Part shown: piece after piece, positions 42,112-61,086 of the stretch
How positions within the stretch are numbered: position 1 is the stretch's first letter
How the letters are laid out: every line of letters starts with the position of its first letter
Notes under the pieces: model-generated
The model's database searches: none
What the model was told of the DNA's origin: nothing
Seen by the model: the letters and a program-made list of their open reading frames with translations, nothing else
Assembly (NCBI GenBank): GCA_009914755.4
Contig: CP086569.2
Span: 2,656,001-2,720,000, forward strand
DNA: 64,000 bases
Reading direction: 5' to 3'
DNA from: the human T2T-CHM13v2.0 reference genome, Homo sapiens
Program-made: the position numbers and the translations under genes

Positions 42112-45100
42112 TTATGCAAGTCACTCAGCCAAGGTGTTACCCAAGAGTCATTAATTTGTCTTATACATCTTGGAATTTCTCATCCCCTTGCAGTGGCTGA
42201 GTTGCTAAGTTGCCAGGTGACCAATCCTAATATACACCTTCTGGCTATGCTGAAACTCTCTGAAAGTCCTTTTTTTGCAAGGTCTCTGAGACTGCTACAT
42301 ATCATGGACAGCTGTCCAAACACCTCTGTAATACGTCTAGTCACTTAGAGCACCCAGTTGGATTTGGAGGGAGCAAGTGTCTCTTAACTCTGGAGTGAGA
42401 GAACTCATCTTCATGTACCTTTTGATTTGAAACTATCAGTAATTGGTTACAGATGAAAATGCAAGTCCACATTACAAACAGTAGGTCGCAGCTGCAATTT
42501 TAAATACACACAATGTAATTCTGGGCCAAAAGAAGTGAAACCATTGGTGGTACACTGCCAATAGCCTGACACAGATTTCTTCCTGAAGACAATGGCAGAG
42601 AAGGCAGTTCTCTGTAGAGTTGTTTTCCTGCTGTGACCTGCGCTTCTGTTCTTGAGGCAGAGAAGGCTGTTTTGATTTCTGTTTTTGTTTTTTTCTCCTG
42701 AAACTTGAAACTCCTACCCATGGCCAGAGATAGGCTAGATGAATTCTGCAAAGGGAGAGTTGGAAAGAACAGCTCAAACAGTTTGATCTCAACCAAGGGG
42801 TACAGAGATTTGAATTGTGGAGGACTAACCCCTTACATTAGCAGAAGAATGTAAGGTCTTCTGCCTGCCTAGATGTTGGGTCCACAGTGCTGACTCCTGG
42901 ATGAGTGTTGGATGGTCAGAGGAGTGGACTCTGAACCCTGCTTACTGTACTCTAAATATCAAACTAAAGGAAAAAGCTGAGGGATGAAACATACTTTGAA
43001 AATGTCTATTTGATACAAGATGTGGAAAAGTTGCTGGAAAACACAGAACCTAGTAAACTTAGATAGGAGCACCAAAGTTTTGTTAACATGGGTATGTGAT
43101 AAACAAATTCGTAAAGGCAAAAAGTGGACAGCAAGTGGCCTATAACAAAGTTGTTTGTTATGAATTGTCATTGGATTACAGAAATAGCATTGATTAGCAA
43201 TTGGCTACATATTGTTAAGCTGTAGTTCGTTGGTTGTAGTGTCCAATATGTGGCATTGGTTGATGGTTTTTTAGCTAACGTGTGGCCATAATACTTGTAG
43301 CATCTATACAGCAAGCAGCTTCAAGAGATGACTACTTATCTTAAGGTGGGAAGTGGGATGTGGGTGCTACCTATGGGAGGCTTGCATTCCTTAGATAAAA
43401 GTTTATTTTCTTAGTTTGTTGCATAGCTTCTCAGTCTAAGGTGGTCTTCCAGAGTTTGGGACTCCAGTGTTAGACAGCCCCTGCCATGGGTCTTACCCTG
43501 TGCTTGTTTCCTCTCCATGAGGCCTTACCATGCTGTTTTTGCCTGTGGGTTTCTCCCTATTAGCGTTCATTGACTCTGTGATTGAGGTGTTCAAATGCTA
43601 GGTGCTCTAAGCACTTATGTAGATGTTTCATTGAGAGCCTACAAAGGCTGCATTAGCTGTACAGTATCATATGATGAAACTGACGCCAAGGGAGGTTGAC
43701 TTAGTAGCCTCATTTCCCATAGCCAATGAGGGACAGCATGTCTTTGACTCCAATGTTGAGCACTGGTCCCTGCCTGTTCTAGATTCTCCATTGGCTTGGT
43801 TTTCCAAATTGCTTACACTCTGCTTGACTCTTTCAGAGACACTAATGTGTCATACATTTGGTCTCTTTACATAATCCCATATTTCTTAGAGGTTTCATTA
43901 ATTTCTTTCTTTCTTTTTTTTCTCTGTTATTCTCTGAATGTCTTATTTCAGAAAAATACACTTCAAGCACTGAGAGTCTTTTCTCATCTTGGCCAGTTCT
44001 GCTGTTAATACGTGCAGTTGAATGATGAAATTCTTGTAAAGGTTTTTCAGCCCTATCAGGCTGGTTACGTTTTTTTCTATGCTAAGTATTTTGTCTGTCA
44101 GCTCCTGTTATCATTTATTTGTGGTTCTTAGCTTCCTTTAATTGGGTTATGCATAGTCCTGCATCTCAATGATTTTGGTCTCTGTCTCTATTAGGAATTC
44201 TGTTCCTGTCATTTTAGTTATCTCCGCCTGGTTCAGATCCCTTGCTGGTTCCCAGCTTCCTCCCCACTTCAGCTCAGCTTCTGTGTTTTCCCTCCATGCA
44301 CTCTCAGTGCCTCCCTCTGAAGACCTGGTAGGAGTATGCCAGGCATCCTGGTACCAGACCAAACTAAGTGTTGGGCTGCTTATTCTCACAGCCCAATAAA
44401 GAGACACAAATGAACTGAGAAAGGAGGGAGTTCATTTCTGTAATTGGGTACAGAGAGGAGGCCTGGAAAATATTGCCAGACCAACTCAAAATTAAGTTTT
44501 CCAGAGCTTATATACCTTCTCAGGTATATGTGTTTGTGTAAGTGTGCATTCATCTAAAGATATAAGTGATTAATTTCTTCTAATCTGTAACTAAAGTCCA
44601 AACTTTGAAGACCCTTCTCAGGAGCTTCAGTAAATTTATTCAATCTAGATGGATCCGGGTGCTGAGGTGATTACCCTTATCTTGTCTCCCGCTAAATCAT
44701 GGCGGCTTGGGGAGTTCTTTCAGATCTCCAATAAAACTTGTTTACGGAGGGCTAGGGAGTTTCTTCACACCAACAGTAAAACGTGTTTAATTCTAAACTC
44801 GTCCCATTAAGAATTCCTTTGTTATCTTATCATGCTTCAAGGCCTAGGAAAAGCCTGGGCAAAACTCTTAGTGGGCTTTTGTTACATTCTAGGCTTTGGA
44901 TAAGAGCACTTGCTCTTATTATTTAGCTTAACCACTCAGTGCTGAAACAGTTGTTACAGGGGCCTGTCTGTTCAGCTGTTAGTGACCTACTCTGCAACAA
45001 TCCTGGTCCCTCAGTGGCAGCTGTTTCACTTGACTGCCTCTGTTTGTCCATCTTGCTTGAATCTTGCAGTAACTTTTGAAATCTAGAATTGTGAGTCTTC

Positions 45101-45664
45101 TTACTTCCCCCTCCTGTAGTGTTACATGTAATTTCACATCAATTATAAAATCAGATTACCAATTTATTGAAAGTAACTCTTGAAGTCTAGAATTGTGAGT
45201 CTGTTAATAATGTTTGGTAATTTTCATACATTTTAAAACTTACAGTACAATGTTAAATAGAAGCTGTGTAAGCAGTATTCTTGTCTTGTTCTTTATCTTT
45301 TGGAAATGTATGCAGGCTTTCACTGTTAAGTGTGATGTTACTTGTGGGTTTTTGCAGATGTCTTTTATCAGTTTGAAGAAGTTTACTTCCATTCATATTT
45401 TTATCACAAATATTATTGGACTTTATCAGATCTTTTTCTCTCCTATCCTTGAGATAATCATGTGATTTTTGTGTTTTGTTCTATTGATGTGATGTGTAAC
45501 ATTAATATTTTTTGAATGATTAGCCAAACTTGCTTGCCCAAGATAAATCCCTGTTTGTCATGGTGGTTAATATGTATGTTGCTGCATTCAGTTTGCTGAT
45601 ATTTTGTTGAATTTTTTTGTTTTTCATTCCATAGTTAACACACTGTACTGTAGTTTTCTTATCA

Positions 45665-45969
45665 TTTTTTTTTTTTTTTTTTGAGATGGAGTCTCCCTCT
45701 GTCACCAGGCTGGAGTGCACTGGCGCGATCTCGACTCACTGCAACCTCTCTGCCTCCTGGGTTCAAGCGATTTTCCTGCCTTAGCCTCCCAAATAACTGG
45801 GACTATAGGCATGTGCCACCAAGACCGGCTAATTTGTTGTATTTTTTTTTTAGTAGAGATGGGGTTTCACTGTATTAGCCAGGATGGTCTTGATCTCCTC
45901 ACCTCGTGATCTGCCCACCTTCGCCTCCCAAAGTGCTGGGATTACAGGCATGAGCCGCTGCGCCCAGCC
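45665..45969 (-). mobile_element. Alu SINE
   Basis: poly-T then gagatggagtctccctctgtcaccaggctggagtgcactggcgcgatctcgactcactgcaacctctctgcc... ending in ggcatgagccgctgcgcccagcc. Confidence 0.9.
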
Positions 45970-46079
45970 CCTTTTATATTTTTGTATGGTTTTGACATCA
46001 GGGTAAATAAGAGGAATTGGAAAATGTTTCTTTTCTTTTTGCAGAGTTTATGAATAAGTTATTATTATCATCATTATTT

Positions 46080-46355
46080 ACAGAGTGTTGCTCTGTTGCC
46101 CATGCTGGAGTGCAGTGGCATGATCTCGGCTCCCGGCAATATTCACCTCCTAGATTCAAGCAATTCTCCTGCCTCAGCCTCCTAAGTAGCTGGGATTAAA
46201 GGTGCTCATGACCATGCCTGGCAAATTTTTGTATTTTTAATAGAGATGGGGTTTTACCATGTTGGTAGGCTGGTCTCAAACTGCTGGCCTCAAGTGATCT
46301 GCTGCCTAGGCCTCTCAAAGTCTGGGATTACAGGCGTGAGCCGCTGCACTTGGCC
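46080..46355 (-). mobile_element. Alu SINE with a truncated or absent poly-T
   Basis: cagagtgttgctctgttgcccatgctggagtgcagtggcatgatctcggctcccggcaatattcacc... ending in ggcgtgagccgctgcacttggcc. Confidence 0.85.
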
Positions 46356-46359
46356 AAAT

Positions 46360-48013
46360 TCATATTAGTTCTTCATTGAAGATTCAGTAACATTCATGGA
46401 TAAAACTTTCTGACCTTAGGATTTTTCTTGTGGGCATTGAATCACTGTCCTCACTTGTTATAGGTCTAGTGAGATTCCTGTTTATTCTTGAATTAGTTTC
46501 AGTAGTTTGTTTCTAAGAATTCATCCACTTCATCTAAATAATCTAAACTTTTGATACACCCACAATGTTCATATTATTCGCTTATGTAAGGTTAGTAGTA
46601 ATTATTTTTCTTTTATTTCAGATTCTAGTAATTTTAGTGTTCTCTTTTTTTTAGTTAAACTAGCTAATGGCTTACCAATTTTGTTCCTCTTTTGAAAGAA
46701 CCAGCTTTTGGTTTCATTAGGTTTCTTTATTGCTTTTCATTATCTATTTCCTCAATTTCCACTCTAATTTTTATTACTTCCTTTCTTCTGCATGCTTTTA
46801 GTTTATTCTGTTCCTTCTCCCCCCACTATCTTATAGTAGTAAATTCAATTGAATTGATTTTTTTCTTCTTTCTTAAAAAGGCAGTTACAAGTGTAAATTT
46901 ATATCTTTTATCATTACTTTTGCTGCATTGCATGAATCTGTGGTATGTTTTGTGTTTGTTTTAATTTATTTCAAAGTACTTTCTGATTTCTCTTTTGACT
47001 TCTTTTTGGAAGTCAATCCTGCAAACTTTTGGATTGTGTTTTAAATTTCTATATATTTGTGAGTTTCCCCCAACTTTTCCCGTTACTGATTTCATTTCAT
47101 TGTGTTTGGAGAACTCACGTTATGTTATTTCCATTTAACCTTACTTATGATTGCTTTGTGGCCTAGCTGTCATCTATACCAGAGAATGCTTAAGGTATAC
47201 ATGCGAAGGATATATATTTAGTTGTTTTTTAGGATGGCATATGTGTCAATATAGTACAGTTGACTTACAGTGTTGTACCAGTCTTCTGTTTTCTTGTTGG
47301 TCCTATCTGTTATTGAAAGAGTGGTTTTGAAGTCTCCCGTTATTATTGTTTAATTGTATAGTTCTGTCTTAAATTTTGCATTTTTACCTTATTTATTTTT
47401 GTACTGTGTTAAGTGCATACGTGTTTATAATTATTATATTTTTCTTTGGGCTTCTCTAATTTCTTAACAATTTCCCCTGTTATATATAATGATGTTTTTG
47501 TTTTAGATGCCTTTTTTTGTCTTATATTAGTTATAGCCAGTTCATCTTTATTGTGGTTGCTATTTGCATGATACATATTTTTTTCATTATTTTACTTGAA
47601 GTATATATGTTTTTGAATTTAAATTGTGTCTCTTCTCTCATGTCTTTTGTTCTTCTATTTTTGCTATTTTATTTTGTATTGAAATAATATTTTCTAATAA
47701 AGAATTTTAATTGTATTATTTTTCTTTCCTTTTTTTGATTGCTTTGAAAGGCAGCATTTATTTATGTGGCTATGTTCTGAGAACTATGAAACAAATAATT
47801 TCATTATATTGTATCACAATTCATACCATTTTTCCTGTATTTATGATAGGAAAATATGACATGAAGCATGGTGTATACTTAATGTCTCATTTGTTTTACA
47901 AACTAAGAAGTGACAAAGGAAATTAACCCCCAAAATTACAGACATTAGAGGTCTACTCTGCTGCTTATTGTCACATGGTAACTACTTGTGTAGAATCATA
48001 TGGAGTTTTAAAA
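46360..48013 (-). mobile_element. Old L1 (L1PB/L1M-like) ORF2-region fragment in minus orientation. It is the 3' part of an element whose 5' part resumes at ~54161.
   Basis: Divergent reverse-complement matches to L1 ORF2. For example gaaagagtggttttgaagtctcccgttattattgtttaattg corresponds to ...gtgttaaagtctcccattattattgtatgggag. Confidence 0.6.
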
Positions 48014-54160
<6,147 letters not shown>

Positions 54161-55990
54161 ACTCATTATTTTAAGCTAGGAAAAACTTAACCCTGTTTTT
54201 ATAGACTAACTAATAAGCTAAAAGAAAATTCATAAAAATTCAACACTGTAACTTCATCTATCCGCTTCATAACTTGTTATTGTTTCTATTTATATCTTGG
54301 GCTAAATCTTGAGAAATTGTTTTAGTTATAATTTTTGAATTATTTGTCTTTTAGTCTTTGTGCTTTAAGTGTAGTTTACCCCCTGCAACTACAGCATTAT
54401 ACTATTCTGTGTTTTTTTTTGTACTTACTGTCTCTAATGAGCTTTGTTTCTGTAGATGACTTCTTATTGCTCTTTCGTGGCGTTTTGTTTCTGATTGAAG
54501 AACTGCTGTATTAGCATTTTTTATAGGACAGGTCTGGTGTTGATGCACTCTGCCAGCTTTCATTAATCTGGTAATTTCTTTATTTCTTCTTCATGTTTGA
54601 AGGATACCTTTGTCTGATATACTATTCTAGGATAAAAGTTTTTTTACTTGAACACATTAAATATCTCATGCGCCTCTCATGGCCTATAAGGTTTCCACTG
54701 AAAAGTCTGCTGCCAGAGGTATTGGAGCTACATTGTATGTTATTTGTTTCTAATCTCTTGTTGTTTTTAGGATCCTTTCTTTATCCTTGACCTTTGGGAG
54801 TTTGGTTATTAAATGCCTACAAGTAGTCTTCTTTGCATTAAATTTGCTTGATGTTATATAACTTTCTTGTAGTTGGATATTAATATCTTTCTCTAGGTTT
54901 GCAAAGTTCTCTATTATTAACCTTTTGAATAAACTTTCCACTCCCTCTCTGTCTCCTCTTTTTAAGGCTAACAAGGCTTAGATTTGACTTTTTGAGATTG
55001 TTTTTTCCTAGATCTTGTTGGCATGCTTCATTATTTTTTATTCTTTTGTCTTCATTTACTGTGTATTTTCAAGTAGCCTGTCTTCAAGTTTATAATTTTT
55101 TCTTTCATTTGATCATTTCTCCTGGTAAGAGACTTTGATGCATCTTTCAGTATGTCAGTTATAGTTTCAACTTCATAGTTTCTGTTTGATGCTTTTTAAT
55201 TATTTCAGTCTCTTTGTTAAATGTTACCTGATATAATTCTATATTTCTTTTCTGTTATCTTTAATTTCTTTAAATTTCCTCAAAATGGCTATTTTGAATT
55301 CCATGTCTGAAAGGTCACATATCTCTGTTTTTTTCAGGTGTGATCCTTGTGGCCTTATATTATTAGTTCATTTGGTGAGTTCATATTTTCCTGGTTCATC
55401 TTGATTTGTCTGTGTCTGGGCATTGAAGAGTTAGGTATTTATTGCAGTCTGGACTTGTTTGTGTTTGTCCTTCTTGGGAAGGGTTTCCAGGTATTCAAAA
55501 GTTCTTTGGGTTCGGGATCTAAGCCATATTTGTGTTAGACACAACCCCGTGCTCAGTAATGCTGTTGTTGGTGCAGACTCACAGAGGTCCTACTACCTTG
55601 ATGATGTTGGATAAGATCCAGAAAAATTATCTCAGTTACCAGCAGAAACTCTTGTGCTCTTTCTTTACTTTCTCCCAAATAAATGGAGTCCCTCTCTCTA
55701 TGCTGAGCCACCTATTGTTGGGGGTGGGGTGACACCACTTCTCTGTGGCCACTGCCACTGAGAGTGATCTGGGTCAGACCTGAAGCCAGCACAGCACTGA
55801 GTCTCACCTAAGTCCTGCTGTAACTGCTACTTTGTTTCTGTCTGTGTTCACTCAAGGCCCTAGGCCTCTACAATCTTTAGGTGGCAAAGCCAGTCATGCT
55901 TATATCCTTCCCTAAAGGGCAACGAATTCCTCCTGGCTCCTGGTGGGTCCGGAGATGCCATGCAGGAGCCAGGGACTGGAGTAAGAAAGC
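54161..55990 (-). mobile_element. Old L1 5' part (ORF1 / inter-ORF / ORF2 N-terminal region) in minus orientation. It is the continuation of the element at 46360-48013 that was interrupted by the L1PA insertion.
   Basis: Divergent matches to the L1 minus strand. For example ggatacctttgtctgatatactattctaggataaaag...gtttccactgaaaagtctgctgccagaggtattggagc corresponds to ggatatgaaattctgggttgaaaattc...gtttctgccgagagatccgctg. The segment is AT-rich with no other repeat signature. Confidence 0.5.
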
Positions 55991-56299
55991 TTACATGCCA
56001 ACCTTGCATTCTCCTCTACTGTAGCTGAACTGGCCCTCAAACCATAGCACATTCTTTCTCACTCTTCCCTGTGCTTTCCATAGGCAGAGGTTCTTCATTC
56101 CATGGCTAACATCATCACAGCTCTTGGATCTCCAGTAAGCTTGTGATGAATGCTGCCAGGTCTGCAACTTACTCTTCAGGGAAGAGGGCTCCCTTGTGGC
56201 CCAGGGCAGGTCCAGAAATGCTAAGAGCCATGACCCAGAATTGGAAACACCAACAGCCCAGCTTGGTGCTCTACACCACTGTGCCAAGCTATTACCTAA

Positions 56300-56527
56300 G
56301 CTGCAAGAAAAAGTCCCCTTTACTTTTCCCTCCCCTCCCCTCCACTCACTTCCCTCCTTCCTTCCTTCCTTCCTTCCTTCCTTCCTTCCTTCCTTCCTTC
56401 CTTCCTTCCTTCCTTTCTCTTTCCCTCCCTCCCTCCTTTCTCTCTCTCTTTCTTTCCTTGTTTCTTCTTTCTCTCTCTCTCTTTCTTCCTTTCTTCTTTT
56501 CATTTCTTCTTTTCTTCTTTCTTTCTT
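56300..56527. repeat. Microsatellite / low-complexity CT-rich tract. Its core is (TTCC)~15 at ~56355-56414 (GGAA on the other strand), followed by degenerate (CTTT)/(CT)n.
   Basis: ccttccttccttccttccttccttccttccttccttccttccttccttccttccttcc, then tttctctttccctccctccctcctttctctctctctttctttcc... Confidence 0.95.
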
Positions 56528-56662
56528 GACAGAGGGTTGCTCTGTTGCCCAGGCTGAATGCAGTGGCATCATCTCAGCTCACGGCAACCTCTGCATCTTG
56601 GGTTCAAGTGATTCTCCTGCCTCAGCCTCTCAGGTAGCTGATATTATAGGCATGCACCACCA
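56528..56662 (-). mobile_element. Alu partial (~135 bp), directly abutting the CT-rich tract
   Basis: gacagagggttgctctgttgcccaggctgaatgcagtggcatcatctcagctcacggcaacctctgcatcttgggttcaagtgattctcctgcctcagcctctcaggtagctg. Confidence 0.8.
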
Positions 56663-58959
56663 TATAGTATGATGTACACTTGAACCATTGAGTGAATGGC
56701 TATTAATAACTCCTAAATGAATGGGGAGAAATTATGTTTTCCCACTTTACATCACAAGAGAATATAAATTATCCCATGTGATGGAAATGCAGACTTTGAA
56801 ATCCAGCAAATATTTGGTAAGCTAGCACTAAATTTAGAGCTCAGATGCCAACAAAGACTCAGAAAATCCATGTATTTTATCAGTTGTTTTCCAAAAACTG
56901 ATAGTGACACATACTTTTAACGTAGCTAAATGATAATTGTGTAACAAAAAAACTCTATTAATAATTTTTAAATTACAATACTTCCAAAAGTACATATGTC
57001 TGAAACCCAAGGTGGACTTATAATATAGGAGTTGTTCAAACAGGATTTGTTGATTCTGATGAAGGCAGTAGCACATAAAATACAAATACTACTGTCATTC
57101 TTTAGTAAGTGCATATAATTACAAGAAGGTATCCTAGATTATTCTTTCTATTTTTGTCAACATGACATATACATTATAACATTTTGGAAGTTTGTTATAT
57201 AGGGAGGGGATGATTTGGTTTCTGGTGACTTGGCTTTTAATGGTGAAATTAATAAAACATCAATCTTGGATTAACCTTGTTTTAGTCCCTTTATGCTGCT
57301 TCAACAAAATACCACAGAATGGGTAATCTATAAACAAAAATTGATTGTTCACAGTTTTAGAGGGTGGAAGTCCAAGGTCAAGGTGCTAGAAATTTGGTCT
57401 CTGTGTCAAAGATGGTATCTTGTTGCTGGATCATGGCCAAGAAGCCCCAAATCCCCCATTCCAAACCCTCAAAACTTTATTCAAGCCAGCTAATAAGCCT
57501 ACCAATCTGTCTTAAAGTTATTGACACTTCCCCAAAAATAAATAAAAGGAGACTCAGAGAAGAAAAGGCAAAAGATAATTTTCAAAAAGCACATGGATAT
57601 GTGTTTCCCAAGCAGTATGCAATAAAATAGCTATTTGTTATAATTTCCACATGGTAATTGCAGTCACACAACTGAGTATATACACATATTAACAAGATTG
57701 TCCCACTGTACTTAGTTGTCTCATCACCATTATCAAAAGGAATGCCCTTGAGACTCCATATGTATCAATATGTCAAACTACTGTTAGTCAAAAACAAACT
57801 TATCAAACCTACATAAAGTAAGACCAGTAAAGTAAAAGAAAGGGGATGTAGCAGAAGGAGATGAGGAGGAAAAGGTTCTTAAGTTCGTATCTATAGTAAC
57901 ATCCTGTTTTCCTATGGCTAATCTTTTTACTTACATTGTTGAAAAATTAACATATTCACATGGGTCAAAAATAAAAAGATAAAAGTCTGCCATTCCTATC
58001 CCTAACTTCACAGTCTCCATAACAATCTACAAACATTTTTTTACCAGTTCCTTAACTGTCCTACTATACTTTATGCATCTGTAAGCAAGTCTGAATGTAG
58101 TTTCTTATTTCCTGTTCATGCATTACACATAAGATTAGACTTACACTCCTAAATTAAGCAAGCAGGTCATATTACACACTTGCACATTACCTGACTGGCC
58201 CCCCGCATTGGGTTTTCTTCTCTCTCTCCTCTTGACCAGTAGCCATCAGGCAAAGTTTGTGTTATGCATGCCAATAATAAAAATCATATTTAGCTGGTTT
58301 AAATATGGTTTGAATATGGTCAGTTCTTCCCACCAAAACTCTTGGAAATTTGAACCCCAGTGTTGGAGGTGGGACATAATGGGAAAGGTTTGGGTCATGA
58401 CAATAGATCCCTTATGAATGGTTTGGTCCTGTTCTTGCAGTTGTAAGTTCTTACCCTTGTTTCACAAGATTAGTTTTTTGTAGAAACAGATTTGTTAAGC
58501 TGAAACACTCCTTGGGATTTGCCTCTTTACACTCCCTGTTTGACCTCTACAATCTCATAATGCTGCACAAAGCCCTCTTCTGAAGCTGAGATACCAGAGC
58601 AAGCCTTCATGAACAGCCTGCGGAACCATGAGCCAAAAAACCCCCACACCTATTTTCTTAACAAACTACCCAGTCTAGAGTATTCTTTTATGACAGTATT
58701 AAGTGGATGAAGACAGATGTGTAGAGTACAGCTTACTTTGTTTAATCCTTAACACAACCCCTTAATGCACTCAATTTTTATATGAATAAACTGAAAGTCA
58801 AAGAGTTTACAAAACTTGCCCAAGATGTGCTGCTAAATGAGGACCAGCTGGTCTATAGGACTGACAGCATGTTTGAAAATATAAAAATATGAGTCTTTGT
58901 ACAACTTGCAGGGAAATAGGTAATAAATGAATAAAGTTTATCAGTTTTAATATTTCTTT

Positions 58960-59265
58960 TTCTTTTCTTTTTTTTTTTTTTTGAGATGGAGTCTTGCTCT
59001 GTCACCCAGGCTGGAGTGCAGTGGCACAATCTCAGCTCATTGAAACATCCACCTCCCAGGTTCAGGTGATTCTTTTTCCTTCAGCCTCCTGAGTAGCTCA
59101 GATTATGGATGTCTGCCCCCATGCGTGGCTAATTTTTTTTGTATTTTTAGTAGATATGGTGTTTTACATGTTGGCCAGGCTGGTTTTTGAACTCCTGACT
59201 TCAAGTGATCCATCTGCCTCAGACTCTGAAAGTGCTGGGATTATAGGTGTGACCCACCCCAACTG
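58960..59265 (-). mobile_element. Alu SINE
   Basis: poly-T then gagatggagtcttgctctgtcacccaggctggagtgcagtggcacaatctcagctcattgaaacatccacc... ending in ggtgtgacccaccccaactg. Confidence 0.85.
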
Positions 59266-59499
59266 TCTAGTATTAGTTTCTAGCACCCGTTTTTTTTAAC
59301 TTCAGCACCTCCAAAGTCACATTTCTGCTAGCTTTGGGTACAAAATGGTTCTCACTCTTGGTTATATATTGAAATCTCCAGGACAGCATAAGATACACAG
59401 ACACTGGGGCCTACTTCAGAATGCAGGGTGAGAGGAGAGTGACGGTAAAAAACTGTCTATTGGTTCCTACACTGATTACCTAAATGATGAAAAAATCTG

Positions 59500-60515
59500 T
59501 ACACCAAAACACTGAAACACCCAATTTACCTATTTAACAAACCTATACTTGGACCCATAAAGCTAAAATAAAAGTGAAAAAAATGGCAAGCAACAGGCAT
59601 ATGAAAAGGTGCTCAACATGATTGATCACCAGAGAAATACAAATCAAAACTACAGTAAGATATCATCTCGCCCTGGTTAAAATATATCCAAAAGACAGGC
59701 AATAACAAACACTGGCAAGGATGTGTAGAAAAGAGAATCCTTGTACACTGTTGGTGGGAATGTAAGTTAGTGCATCCACTATGGAGAACACTTTGGAGGT
59801 TTCTCAGAAACCTAAAAATAGAGCACCATATACTACAGCAATCCTACTGCTGGGTATATACCCAAAGAATGGAAATCAGTATATTGAAGAGTATCTGCAT
59901 CCCTGCATCCGTATGTTTTTCACAGCACTATTACAATGGCCAAGATTTGGAAGCAACCTAAGAGTTCATCAGCAAATGAATGAATAAAGAAAAGCTGGTA
60001 CATATACACAGTGGAATATTATTCAGCTATTAAAGAGAATGAGATCCAGTCATTTGCACTAAAGTCAATGGAACTGGAGATCATTCTGTTAAGTGAAATA
60101 AGCCAGGCACAGAAAGGCAAAATTTATATGTTCTTATTCATTTGTGGGAGCTAACAATCAAAACAATTCAACTCATGGAGGGAGTAAAATGATGGTTACC
60201 AGAGGCTGGGAGGGGTAGTAGAGAGCTTGTGTGGTGGGGAGTTGTGGATGATTAATTGATTAAAAAATTTAGAAAGAATGAATAAGACCTAGAGCTTGCT
60301 AACACAAGGTGACTATAGTCAAAAATAATTTAATCATACATTTTGCAACAACCAAGAGTGTAATTGAATTGTTCTTAACAAATGGATAAATGCTTTAAGT
60401 AATGAATACTCCATTTATCCTGATTTGATAATTATGCTTTGCATGCCTGCATCAAACCGTCTCATGTACTCCATAAATATATATATCTACTATGCACCCA
60501 CAAAAATTAAAGGTA
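59500..60515 (+). mobile_element. L1 3' end (L1MA/L1PB-like) in plus orientation
   Basis: ...cagagaaatacaaatcaaaactacagtaagatatcatctcgccctggttaaaat...ggtgggaatgtaagttagtgcatccactatggagaacactttggaggtttctcagaaacctaaaaatagagc...ctgctgggtatatacccaaagaatggaaatcag...; canonical L1 ORF2 C-terminus and 3' UTR. Confidence 0.85.
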
Positions 60516-60585
60516 AAGTTCTTTTAAAAGAAGCATTTTTATTCCTACTTCATCACAAGGCAGCTTTACACTAAATTATGTTATT

Positions 60586-60603
60586 TAATAAATAAATAAA
60601 TAC
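60586..60603. repeat. (TAAA)n short microsatellite
   Basis: taaataaataaataaata. Confidence 0.8.
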
Positions 60604-61086
60604 GTATTTATTATGCAATTTATATTAACTTTTATGGTGACAGAGCAGGAGCATTGCCATCATGGACAAACCTCTCATTCTAAAGTTCATCTTAATAAAA
60701 AACCATCTAAATCCAAAGGGCATCAGCCTTATAGCTAAGGTCAACATGACCATAAACCACAAATAACATCTCCAACCAGAAACATTCCAAACTCCTCCCC
60801 ATCCAGAGACATGTTAGCCCCTACGTAAGCCTCCTCCATCCAGGAAGATGCCAGCCTCGAGTTAAACCCCTCTGGGCTGGTAAGATGTCTGCCCCAAGAA
60901 AACCTCCCCTCCTCCCAGAGAGATTCCAACCCCACCATAAACTTCTCCACACACATAAACATTCCAAGCTTCTAAGCTCCCCCACCCTAAAACCAATATA
61001 TACCCTTAGTGTGTAACAGAAAGGGCTGCTGATTGAAATTGGCCAGGGGCACCTCTCAGGTTTTAACTAAAGAAAACCTGTCTTTG

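Noticed and set aside
56143-56672. ORFs of 128-193 aa across the CT-rich tract, for example '...SFLPSFLPSFLPSFLP...' and 'KEGRKEGRKEGRKEGRKEG'
   Set aside because: They are direct translations of the (TTCC)n/(GGAA)n microsatellite. This is a low-complexity artefact.
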